From: Muribaculaceae bacterium
GTDB taxonomy: Bacteria > Bacteroidota > Bacteroidia > Bacteroidales > Muribaculaceae
Length of the DNA: 64,000 nt
Direction of reading: 5' to 3'
Assembly (NCBI GenBank): GCA_029063895.1
Contig: JAIDNJ010000057.1
Span: 4,896 to 68,895, forward strand
Shown here: positions 10,005 through 20,099 of the stretch, one piece after another
Layout of the letters: every line of letters begins with the position of its first letter
How positions within the stretch are numbered: position 1 is the stretch's first letter
Notes under the pieces: model-generated
Databases searched by the model: none
Told to the model about the DNA's origin: nothing
Seen by the model: only the letters and a program-made list of their open reading frames with translations
Position numbers and translations under genes: made by a program

Positions 10005-10844
10005 ATGAAACGAATACATCTTATTGGTCGTGTTGTCGACCAAATCACTTCTGAAGAAGGGCAGGCACACTATTATGATAAAATGAATTATTGGCGTGTT
10101 TGTTTTGCTAATACAAATCCGCTTTGTATCCCTGGCATTGAAGATGCTAATGAATATCTATGTTTGAGAAAGATTAAAGACTTATTATGGTCTAAAAGTT
10201 CTACTGAAGATAGACTTAGATTACGAAAGTTACAGATATATGAAACAAGATATGACTGGCGTCCATATAAATCAATGGCTAATAGTTTTATCGGACTTGT
10301 TTCACCAACCGGCAAACAGATATTGCCCGAAGCTTTTTCCGATGTATTTACTCAGTTTGATGCGATTGATAAATTGCCTGACTTTATTCCGGTAAGCAAT
10401 GGCAAAGCTTGGGCATTGATTTCGCTTTCAGCTTCTCCGGTTCTTGTTACCGAATTTTGTTATAAAATGATTATTCCTGAAAGATGGGAGAGCCGATTAT
10501 TTTTTGTTCAGAATAAAGCAACAATGAAATGGGGTGCTTTATCAATAATATGGCCATTTACAAATGTGAGTAGTCGTCGAGATTGTGCCTTTCCGTGTAT
10601 TAAACAGATTATGCCTTGTATTGCCGATGAAATATATGAGGATGAGTTAATGACTGAAGAGTCTCCGACTATATTTTTCATGACTCGTGTTGGTAAAAAA
10701 TTTGGAATTTTGACCGATTTTGGATATTCTGAGATTATTTATGATTCATATGAAACAGATGATGAAGAATATTCATTTCGTTTAATTTGCAAAGATTGTA
10801 AGAGAGCTCATCACGTCGATTTCTGGCATCCAGATGGAAAATAG
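10005..10844 (+). CDS. Hypothetical protein with WG-type repeats
   Basis: Recurrent segments GKAWALIS, MKWGALS and KKFGILTDFG resemble WG/KWG repeats. The gene is AT-rich and shows no catalytic motif. Confidence 0.5.
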   Translation: MKRIHLIGRVVDQITSEEGQAHYYDKMNYWRVCFANTNPLCIPGIEDANEYLCLRKIKDLLWSKSSTEDRLRLRKLQIYETRYDWRPYKSMANSFIGLVSPTGKQILPEAFSDVFTQFDAIDKLPDFIPVSNGKAWALISLSASPVLVTEFCYKMIIPERWESRLFFVQNKATMKWGALSIIWPFTNVSSRRDCAFPCIKQIMPCIADEIYEDELMTEESPTIFFMTRVGKKFGILTDFGYSEIIYDSYETDDEEYSFRLICKDCKRAHHVDFWHPDGK

Positions 10845-10886
10845 ATTTTATGGGATAGTTTATTGGTCGCTCATAGCGGCTTTAGG

Positions 10887-12563
10887 TCACTTTTGTATTA
10901 TTTCCCAACAGCCAGCTTTTGTTGAGCCTACTCTACGGATAAGTCCTTCTGAAATTAAGCTTTCCAAACGTCTTTTTACACTGCTATCATGCAGTACTAA
11001 AGTCTTGCTTATTTCCGATCGAGTTATTTTAGGATTTGATTTGATGAGACTTAAAATCTTCTTTTTTTGGTCGGCTATCTGGTCGGTAGCTGTTATTTTT
11101 TGGTCGGATGAGAACGGTATATAGCTTTCTTGGACCACAGGGTATGTTTCTTGGTCGTAATCTTGGTCGGTTTGGATGCTGTAAGCTTTTTCTTGGTCTT
11201 TTTTTCGAGTTATTTCGGCAGTTTGCTGGCCGCTTTTGAGGACTGTATTGGTCGTTTCTTGGTCGGCTTGGGGTTCAGGGGTTTCGATCAGGTCGCTATA
11301 GAGTTCAAGCATGGCTTTTACGTCCTGCTCGTTACCTCCGGTGGATAAGATAAGTACTGTTCTATCTACGCCATCTTTATGGGTTTCTTCAATTGTTACA
11401 GGGGTATGATAGACTTTTTCCCAACGTTTGCAAATGCCGTTCAGACCGCTTCCGGCTCGTTCTCCAAATTCGATTAGGGAGAAGATCTTCAGCATGATTC
11501 CATTTCGAGGGTCTGAGATACCACCTTCAACCGCATCAGTGATAGAGATGCGTACCGTGCCCGGATTTGAGAGACGGTAGCCTTCTTCCGATTTCTGGAT
11601 AACAAGTCCCTGACGGCCATAAAAGTCGGCGTGGACACAAGCATTGGTGATGGCTTCTCGAAGGAGTTTGTGAATCGGTGTATCGTCGACGCGCAGGTTT
11701 CCTTTCAATACAAAAGGAACTTTGAGACCTTGTTGCATACGTCGCAAGGCTTCAATCACAAAGTCAAACACGTTTCCGCTCCAGTCGCCTGAAGTTGATA
11801 CAATACGATCGGTCCAGCGGGTGACTCCCAATGAACGGTTTTCTTGATAATCAAGAAAATAGTTGGGAAACTCTCGTGTAATCTCATATTCGTAACCGAA
11901 CATCAACAATCCGGCAGCGGTAGGATGATATTTGCCGTCTTCTCCGATTCCAATTGCCCCGATCTTGCGCAGGAACATCTCATCATCCTCGTTGTTCCAA
12001 AGATGGTTGATATGGGTTGAGCGGAAAAAGTTACGATAGCGTTTGACGGTATCCATACAGAAAACCGACATGTCCATTTTGTTAAGGACCTTAGAATCCT
12101 GAGTGACATATGTGGCATCACGAAACATCAAAGCCATTTCATCGATAGAACAATGATAGTCGCCTTCATGATTTCGGCGGTAGGTTCCCGATTTTGGATC
12201 AACTCCGACATAGACAGGGCGGGCGGTTCGCTCGGCTCGCGGAACGCGGACAATGAGTATATCCTTTCCCTCGAGCGGTTCAATCTTAACCATACTGTCG
12301 GTAACGATATTTGCGCTTATTTTCTGTCGGTTGTTGACCATATTCCAGAAATCTTTCTTCAGTTTTTCGGCATTTACATCTTCCGGCACAAGTCGTCCGT
12401 CCTTATCTTCGCGCACTCCAAGCAGAATGATTCCACCATCAGTATTAGCAAAAGCCGAATAGGTCTCCCAAAATGAACCGGGAAAACCACCTTTTGCCTT
12501 TTTGGCTTCAAGCTGATTATGTTCTCGGTACTCGCCGAGTTTGCTTAAATCAAATTCTGCCAT
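10887..12563 (-). CDS. AlbA_2/Schlafen-like (divergent AAA) domain protein with ATPase-like middle domain and C-terminal winged HTH
   Basis: The N-terminus EHNQLEAKKAKGGFPGSFWETYSAFANTDGGIILLGV is typical of AlbA_2. The C-terminus ITRSEISKTLVLHDSSVKRRLESLISEGLIRRVG is a wHTH. ATG at 12563 is preferred because a TAACTTTG box (12624-12631, minus) lies inside the longer track ORF. Confidence 0.75.
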   Translation of the reverse strand: MAEFDLSKLGEYREHNQLEAKKAKGGFPGSFWETYSAFANTDGGIILLGVREDKDGRLVPEDVNAEKLKKDFWNMVNNRQKISANIVTDSMVKIEPLEGKDILIVRVPRAERTARPVYVGVDPKSGTYRRNHEGDYHCSIDEMALMFRDATYVTQDSKVLNKMDMSVFCMDTVKRYRNFFRSTHINHLWNNEDDEMFLRKIGAIGIGEDGKYHPTAAGLLMFGYEYEITREFPNYFLDYQENRSLGVTRWTDRIVSTSGDWSGNVFDFVIEALRRMQQGLKVPFVLKGNLRVDDTPIHKLLREAITNACVHADFYGRQGLVIQKSEEGYRLSNPGTVRISITDAVEGGISDPRNGIMLKIFSLIEFGERAGSGLNGICKRWEKVYHTPVTIEETHKDGVDRTVLILSTGGNEQDVKAMLELYSDLIETPEPQADQETTNTVLKSGQQTAEITRKKDQEKAYSIQTDQDYDQETYPVVQESYIPFSSDQKITATDQIADQKKKILSLIKSNPKITRSEISKTLVLHDSSVKRRLESLISEGLIRRVGSTKAGCWEIIQK

Positions 12564-12706
12564 GATTAGATAGTTGTTATTTGATACTCGCGTTGCCGCT
12601 GCTATGATTATTAGCTTACAATGCAAAGTTAGTAAAAATCATCAGATAATCAATAATCTACGCGATTTTAATCTCTATCAATTTTGATTTTTATTGTCAA
12701 AATTCA

Positions 12707-13738
12707 TTATTCAGTCGGTATTTTGTAGAGGTTGGCGGCTTTGGTTATATTCACGGCTACGCGTTCGCGCAATTCCGGAGGTGCGATTACCTCGACATGG
12801 CCGCCAAAGCCAAGGATGAGGCGCTCCAGTTCGTTGTTTATAACTACTTTCAGCGAAATTTGGATGCTACCGTCGCGAAATCTTTGCTCAACTTTTTGTG
12901 AGCGATGAAACGGTTTTGACTCGACATAAGGTGCTTGATCTCGGTCAATTTTAATAACTATGCGACGCGCTTTATCTTTTATCATACGTGAGACGCCGAT
13001 GGTGTCGTCAAAGTAGTGGGTCGGGTCAAAATCGACACACTTTTTGAAAGGAATATTATTGTCAACCGTTACCGAATGGATGCGGTCGAGTGCAAAGATG
13101 TTGACCTGTGGGGATCGGTTCAATGTTTTCTCTCCAATTAAAAACCAGCGGTTGCGGTACTCTTTCAACAAGTAGGGATAGACGGTGATAATTTCGGGTT
13201 GACGAGCTTTGAACGACTGATATTCGATAGCGATCGTCTGCTGCTTTTTAACCGCATCATAAATTGTGCCGATAAATTGAGCTCCGCGATAACCCTCGAC
13301 ATGTTCCATATCCATGGCCGGAAGCGACGTGCCTGTATGACGTGAAATCTGCTCGTTGAGCTTGCTGATGATGTCGATTGATGACGCGAGCTGTGGAAAA
13401 CCCTGAAGCTGGCGGAGGATGTCGAGAGCCGAGTTAAGTGCATTAAGCCCCTCGTCGTTGAGTGGCAGATGAGTGATGCTGAAATCGGGGTCTTCATACT
13501 CATAATATTTGTTTTCACGCACGACTATCGGCGCGTTATATCCCAATCGGTCACTGCGCATCAGGGCAAGGTCGTTTTGAAACGTCCGGCGGCTCACCGG
13601 GTTGCTCCTGCCTTCAAACTCGGCTAACGCATCGGTGCATGCATTGATGAGGTCGTTGATGGTCCATCGGCGATAATGATTTTGAAGACAGCGATCGATA
13701 GTCGATATTCTTATGAGTGTAGAGCGATTAAGAGGCAT
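12707..13738 (-). CDS. WYL domain transcriptional regulator (HTH-WYL)
   Basis: There is an N-terminal HTH-like region, and the WYL core is VYPYLLKEYRNRWFLIGE. It is divergent from rtcB. A TATTTTTG box lies at 13755-13762 on the minus strand. Confidence 0.8.
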   Translation of the reverse strand: MPLNRSTLIRISTIDRCLQNHYRRWTINDLINACTDALAEFEGRSNPVSRRTFQNDLALMRSDRLGYNAPIVVRENKYYEYEDPDFSITHLPLNDEGLNALNSALDILRQLQGFPQLASSIDIISKLNEQISRHTGTSLPAMDMEHVEGYRGAQFIGTIYDAVKKQQTIAIEYQSFKARQPEIITVYPYLLKEYRNRWFLIGEKTLNRSPQVNIFALDRIHSVTVDNNIPFKKCVDFDPTHYFDDTIGVSRMIKDKARRIVIKIDRDQAPYVESKPFHRSQKVEQRFRDGSIQISLKVVINNELERLILGFGGHVEVIAPPELRERVAVNITKAANLYKIPTE

Positions 13739-13834
13739 ATCACAAAATTTTTGACAAAAATAGAAAAATAATTCCTGCTGCGCAAATCAACTGCGCACTC
13801 ATCCGGAACCTTTGCATCATAAATTTATATAACT

Positions 13835-15034
13835 ATGATAATAGAAGGAAAAACGACGGCGGCACGAATATTTACCGATAATATTGAAGACGCCGCTCTT
13901 CAATGGGTCAAAGACCTTTGTGATCAACCAGCATTTGAAGGAATACCGATTGTCCAGATGCCCGATGTTCATGCCGGCAACGGGTGTAACGTCGGGACTG
14001 CATATCCGGTGGGCGCATATGTTAATCCCGACCATGTGGGGGTTGACATCGGGTGTACCATATCGATGTACAGGCTCTCCTCACCGGTCTGTCCCGACGA
14101 TTATGCCCTGCTTAACCACCGTATCCGTGAGGCGGTGCCGATGGGTACCGATATATGCGCTAAAAATTCGATGAATGAAAAAGAACTTTTCCGATTTCTC
14201 AATTCGCGGTATCAGAAGGCACGTTCGGCTGCCCCTGATCTAATCGACGAAATACGGCGCATCGATGACAGGTTTATTTCTGATTTTTGTCGTCGCGTCA
14301 AGTTGCAGGAGGGTAGCTTCTATAAAAGTCTCGGCACCCTCGGGGGTGGAAATCATTTTATTGAATATGGCGAAGGCGTGACGACCGGTGACGGCTGGCT
14401 TTCAATTCATTGTGGCTCTCGAAATCTTGGTGTAAAGGTTGCCAATTACTGGCATAATGTGGCCCGGAATCCTAAACGGGCGAGCTTTATCGGTTATCTG
14501 TGGGGTGATTCGTTGCGAGGATATCTCTCTGACATGATTATAGCACAGGCTTATGCACTATATAATCATCAGATAATTGGCGACCGAATATTTGCAATAT
14601 TAAAAAAGCTTTGTAAGTCCAAATGTGTTGAGTCAATCATTACCATCCACAACTACATATCGGTGACCGACGACTGTCCCATACTTCGCAAGGGGGCAAT
14701 TGATGCGTCCGATGGGTTGAAAGTCGCTATTCCGTTCAACATGCGCGATGGCATAGCAATATGCCGTGGCCGCGGAAACGAGCAGTGGCTCAACTCGGCA
14801 CCTCACGGCGCCGGCCGATGCATGAGCCGTGCGCAGGCACGTAAAAACATATCGCTTGACGATTTTGAGCAGCTTATGTCGGGCATATTTTCAACCTCAG
14901 TAGTGGAGACTACACTCGACGAGTCGCCTGGAGCTTATAAACCAACCGATGAAATCATCAGGCTTATAGAACCGACGGTTGAGATTCTAACACTTGTCAA
15001 GCCAAAACTTAACATTAAAGATACCGGAAAATGA
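13835..15034 (+). CDS. rtcB: RNA ligase RtcB family (RtcB2 type, paired with PrfH)
   Basis: Motifs MPDVHAG, GGGNHFIE, HCGSRNLG and the C-terminal PHGAGR are present. Confidence 0.9.
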   Translation: MIIEGKTTAARIFTDNIEDAALQWVKDLCDQPAFEGIPIVQMPDVHAGNGCNVGTAYPVGAYVNPDHVGVDIGCTISMYRLSSPVCPDDYALLNHRIREAVPMGTDICAKNSMNEKELFRFLNSRYQKARSAAPDLIDEIRRIDDRFISDFCRRVKLQEGSFYKSLGTLGGGNHFIEYGEGVTTGDGWLSIHCGSRNLGVKVANYWHNVARNPKRASFIGYLWGDSLRGYLSDMIIAQAYALYNHQIIGDRIFAILKKLCKSKCVESIITIHNYISVTDDCPILRKGAIDASDGLKVAIPFNMRDGIAICRGRGNEQWLNSAPHGAGRCMSRAQARKNISLDDFEQLMSGIFSTSVVETTLDESPGAYKPTDEIIRLIEPTVEILTLVKPKLNIKDTGK

Positions 15035-15666
15035 AAGAAATAAAACAAAATGATAATACAAAATTTAAATACATACAGATAACCGCCGGGCGCGGTCCGG
15101 TCGAGTGTGCCCGTGTCGTTACCCTTGTTGCACGTGAACTGATAAAAGCCGCTCCAACGCTTTCAATAGCCGACAGTGAGCCTCACAATCAGCACGATGA
15201 TTGCTACATGTCGTTGACATTGGTTAGCGACAGTCCGTTGTCACCGGCTTTTGTTGCCGAGTGGGAGGGAACGATGCAGTGGACAGCTACCCGCAATTCC
15301 TACAGGCCCGGGCATAAACGTGTCAACTGGTTTGTCGGCATCAGTTTTTTTGATGAAGTTGAACTGCCGACGATAAGCGATGGTGACATCGTTTATGAGT
15401 CATGTCGTTCGGGTGGTAAAGGTGGCCAAAATGTCAACAAAGTTGAGACAGCTGTGCGAGCCGTCCATCTCCCAACCGGTCTGTCGGTGAAATGCTCTGA
15501 CCAACGTTCCCAACACCAAAATAAAGTTATTGCCCGTCAGCGGTTGATGCTCAAACTCCATGCCCGCCAGACTGCTTGTAAAAACGAGTCCCGTGCCGAG
15601 CGCTGGACCTGTCACGACTCGCTTGAGCGCGGAAACCCCGTCAAGAAATTCAGAGGACCGCTGTGA
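15031..15666 (+). CDS. prfH: Peptide chain release factor H-like protein
   Basis: The GGQ motif (SGGKGGQNVNKVETAV) sits in a short RF-like protein. An ATGA overlap links it to rtcB. Confidence 0.85.
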   Translation: MKEIKQNDNTKFKYIQITAGRGPVECARVVTLVARELIKAAPTLSIADSEPHNQHDDCYMSLTLVSDSPLSPAFVAEWEGTMQWTATRNSYRPGHKRVNWFVGISFFDEVELPTISDGDIVYESCRSGGKGGQNVNKVETAVRAVHLPTGLSVKCSDQRSQHQNKVIARQRLMLKLHARQTACKNESRAERWTCHDSLERGNPVKKFRGPL

Positions 15667-15791
15667 ATTTATAATATTGTAGTGTTGATTTACATTCAGA
15701 CTTCAATGTTAATGAAAATAACTATATTTGTATTACGAAATTTTAATTGAATAATCGGAGCCATGTATCACAAAATGATACATCAGAGAAA

Positions 15792-15799
15792 TAATTTTG
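15792..15799 (+). promoter_or_regulatory. Candidate -7 promoter box (TAATTTTG)
   Basis: Matches TAnnTTTG and lies 17 nt upstream of the ATG at 15816. It is preceded by an 8-bp inverted repeat, ATGTATCA (15763-15770) and TGATACAT (15776-15783). Confidence 0.35.
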
Positions 15800-15815
15800 C
15801 AAAAAATAAATAACT

Positions 15816-16337
15816 ATGAATAAAACGATGATTCTTGCAATAGGTGGTGCCGGTTGCAATATCGCTGAAACTTTTGTTGGTAATGCATCGGTACAGTGGC
15901 TAAAAGATGCAACTTATGTTTTTGCCGACAGTGATTTGAGTCATATAACCCAACTAACCGACAAGGGTTATAAGACTATTACGCTTCATAACGATTCTGA
16001 TTGTTTTAAGCCGGAAATTTTTGACAGGATCAAAAAGATTTATATTCTTGCCGGATTGGGTGGAATGACCGGAAGTGCATACATTGGTAAAGCAGTCGAA
16101 AGTACCAGGGCTGTGGGAATCGATGACATTACTGCGATTGTCACTACTCCATTTTTATTTGAGGGAGAAGCGGTGATTGAGAAAGCTGTAAAAACAATCG
16201 AGTCAATATCGGGTATTCGGGTAAAAGTATTTAATAACTATGCTCTACTGCAAAAATATACTGATACTGACTTAAAAAGTGCATTTGGATATTTTGAACG
16301 GGAGATGTTGAAGTTTATGGAATCGGAAGAAATCTGA
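15816..16337 (+). CDS. Truncated FtsZ/tubulin-like GTP-binding domain protein (173 aa, N-terminal domain only)
   Basis: IGGAGCN (15840-15860) resembles the FtsZ T1 loop. AGLGGMTGS (16050-16076) resembles the tubulin signature. VTTPFLFEG (16140-16166) resembles FtsZ VTxPFxFEG, and VFNNYALL resembles IPNDKLL. The protein ends in the H7 region and has no C-terminal domain or T7 loop. Confidence 0.6.
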   Translation: MNKTMILAIGGAGCNIAETFVGNASVQWLKDATYVFADSDLSHITQLTDKGYKTITLHNDSDCFKPEIFDRIKKIYILAGLGGMTGSAYIGKAVESTRAVGIDDITAIVTTPFLFEGEAVIEKAVKTIESISGIRVKVFNNYALLQKYTDTDLKSAFGYFEREMLKFMESEEI

Positions 16338-16930
16338 TGAAAATACTACACTTATCTGACACTCACGGGTGCCATCATAGACTTGGCCAACTGCCCTATA
16401 CCGATGTCGTTGTACATTCAGGCGACTTTACAATGAATGGTAGCCAGAGTGAAGCTATCGATTTTCTTAATTGGTTCTGTGATTTGCCCCATCGTCATAA
16501 AATTTTCATTTGCGGGAACCACGATGAGTGTCTTTATGGTGCCAATATTGACGGTCTCGACAATAATGTGCATTACCTTTGCAACTCGGGTATAGAGATT
16601 GAGGGAGTGAGATTTTATGGCGTGCCTATGTTCATGGGTGATTGTATAACAGATCGACAGACCCGCAACTATGAGCGTATTCCCCAGGATACCGATGTAC
16701 TCATCACTCATTGCCCGGCATACGGTATTCTTGATGTTGACGATAATATTCATTATGGCTCGGAAGAAATCTTGTCAAAGCTATCGGCTGTCCGCCCAAA
16801 AGCTCATCTTTTCGGTCATATTCATGTTCAACACGGATTAACAACTGTCGATGGTACGATTTTTTCAAACGGAGCGATTATGAATATCGATTACACAAAT
16901 CTGAACTCTCCCGCTGTTATTGAAATATAA
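16337..16930 (+). CDS. Metallophosphoesterase (calcineurin-like, Metallophos_2 type)
   Basis: Motifs LSDTHG, SGDF, GNHD, THCP and GHIH are present. The start overlaps the upstream stop (TGATG at 16335-16339). Confidence 0.85.
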   Translation: MKILHLSDTHGCHHRLGQLPYTDVVVHSGDFTMNGSQSEAIDFLNWFCDLPHRHKIFICGNHDECLYGANIDGLDNNVHYLCNSGIEIEGVRFYGVPMFMGDCITDRQTRNYERIPQDTDVLITHCPAYGILDVDDNIHYGSEEILSKLSAVRPKAHLFGHIHVQHGLTTVDGTIFSNGAIMNIDYTNLNSPAVIEI

Positions 16931-16967
16931 TTATTGGAAACTGACGACTGTGCCATATCGACACTAA

Positions 16968-18554
<1,587 letters not shown>

Positions 18555-18608
18555 TAAATGAGACATATATACTGACGCGAGATATTTCCCGCTCAGCTTT
18601 AATAAAAT

Positions 18609-18642
18609 GGCGGTGTGTCAAAAATTGACATACCGTCTTTTT
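18609..18642 (+). terminator. Intrinsic terminator after guaB
   Basis: The hairpin GGCGGTGTGTCAA-AAA-TTGACATACCGTC is followed by TTTTT. Confidence 0.6.
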
Positions 18643-18774
18643 ATGTATATCCCATCTATCGGTATTGCCTCCAATTGATTCACTCAACTGGCATCCATAG
18701 CCCTTTTAAGAACTTTTACTTAAATTTTTCTTTAAATATGGTGATTTGGTCTGTCATTTTTCAAAATAAAGCGT

Positions 18775-18782
18775 TAACTTTG
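18775..18782 (+). promoter_or_regulatory. Candidate -7 promoter box (TAACTTTG) for fba
   Basis: Matches TAnnTTTG and lies about 50 nt upstream of the ATG at 18832. Confidence 0.4.
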
Positions 18783-18831
18783 CAGACAAAAGGAAAAAAA
18801 GATTTATACAACAAAATAAATAGTTTTCAAT

Positions 18832-19827
18832 ATGGTAAATTATAAAGACTTAGGTTTGGTAAACACTCGCGAGATGTTTGCCAAAGCCATCAAAGGTGGT
18901 TATGCTATTCCCGCTTTCAACTTCAATAACATGGAACAGCTTCAGGCTATCATCAAAGCCGCTGCTGAAGACCGTTCACCCGTTATTCTTCAGGTTTCTA
19001 AGGGTGCCCGCAACTATGCCAACCCCACCCTCCTCCGCTATATGGCCCAGGGCGCTGTTGCCTATGCCAAAGAACTCGGCTGGGAAAATCCTCAGATTGT
19101 TCTTCACCTTGACCATGGTGATTCATTTGAACTCTGCAAATCTTGTATCGACAGCGGTTTCTCTTCAGTAATGATCGACGGTTCACACCTTCCCTATGAA
19201 GAAAACGTTGCTCTCACCAAGAAAGTCGTTGACTATGCCCACCAGTATGATGTTACCGTAGAAGGTGAGCTCGGTGTTCTCGCTGGTGTTGAAGATGAAG
19301 TTTCTTCAGATCACCACACCTACACCAACCCCGAAGAAGTTATCGACTTTGCTACCCGCACCGGTTGCGATTCACTCGCTATTTCAATCGGTACAAGCCA
19401 CGGTGCTTACAAATTCACTCCCGAACAGTGTACCCGCGACGAGAACGGTCACCTCGTTCCTCCTCCATTGGCATTTGACGTTCTTGATGCCGTTATGGAA
19501 AAACTTCCCGGATTCCCCATCGTTCTCCACGGTTCTTCTTCAGTTCCCCAGGAATATGTTGACATCATCAACTCAAACGGTGGTAAACTTCCCGATGCTA
19601 TCGGTATCCCCGAAGAACAGCTCCGCAAAGCTGCCAAGAGCGCCGTTTGCAAAATCAACATCGACTCAGACAGCCGTCTCGCTATGACTGCCGCTATCCG
19701 CAAAGTCTTCAACGAAAAACCCGCAGAGTTTGACCCCCGCAAATATCTCGGCCCGGCTCGTGACGAAATGGAAAAACTCTACAAACACAAAATTGAATAC
19801 GTTCTCGGTTCAAAAGACAAAGCATAA
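18832..19827 (+). CDS. fba: Fructose-bisphosphate aldolase, class II
   Basis: Motifs AIPAFNFNN, HLDHG, the GELG region and HGSSSVP are present. Confidence 0.95.
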   Translation: MVNYKDLGLVNTREMFAKAIKGGYAIPAFNFNNMEQLQAIIKAAAEDRSPVILQVSKGARNYANPTLLRYMAQGAVAYAKELGWENPQIVLHLDHGDSFELCKSCIDSGFSSVMIDGSHLPYEENVALTKKVVDYAHQYDVTVEGELGVLAGVEDEVSSDHHTYTNPEEVIDFATRTGCDSLAISIGTSHGAYKFTPEQCTRDENGHLVPPPLAFDVLDAVMEKLPGFPIVLHGSSSVPQEYVDIINSNGGKLPDAIGIPEEQLRKAAKSAVCKINIDSDSRLAMTAAIRKVFNEKPAEFDPRKYLGPARDEMEKLYKHKIEYVLGSKDKA

Positions 19828-19860
19828 GCAAGTCGTCTGAAACGAAATATAAATAAAATA

Positions 19861-19894
19861 GGCGGTGTGTCAAAATTGACGCATCGCCTTTTTT
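19861..19894 (+). terminator. Intrinsic terminator after fba
   Basis: The hairpin GGCGGTGTGTCAA-AA-TTGACGCATCGCC is followed by TTTTTT. Confidence 0.65.
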
Positions 19895-20099
19895 AGTTGA
19901 TGTAGGGAGTTTGGCACATCACAACAAATCGGGTCAATTATTTATTATGTCTGTTTACGGGTGAGGTGTCCATTGATAAGTCCTATTGCTCGGCCACTGT
20001 TGGACTCCATGTGTTTATATTTTGATGAAATGATACTAAAAAAACTGCTGAGCCAAACTTGACACAGCAGTTCCATATTTTTACTTAATCGCCGCTGAT

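Noticed and set aside
11060-11290. Recurrent TTGGTCG/CTTGGTC motif (at least 8 copies) that at first looked like a DNA tandem repeat or degenerate array.
   Set aside because: The copies are irregularly spaced. They are the antisense of GACCAA/GACCAG codons encoding the xDQx-rich interdomain linker of the 10887-12563 protein. There is no spacer/repeat architecture.
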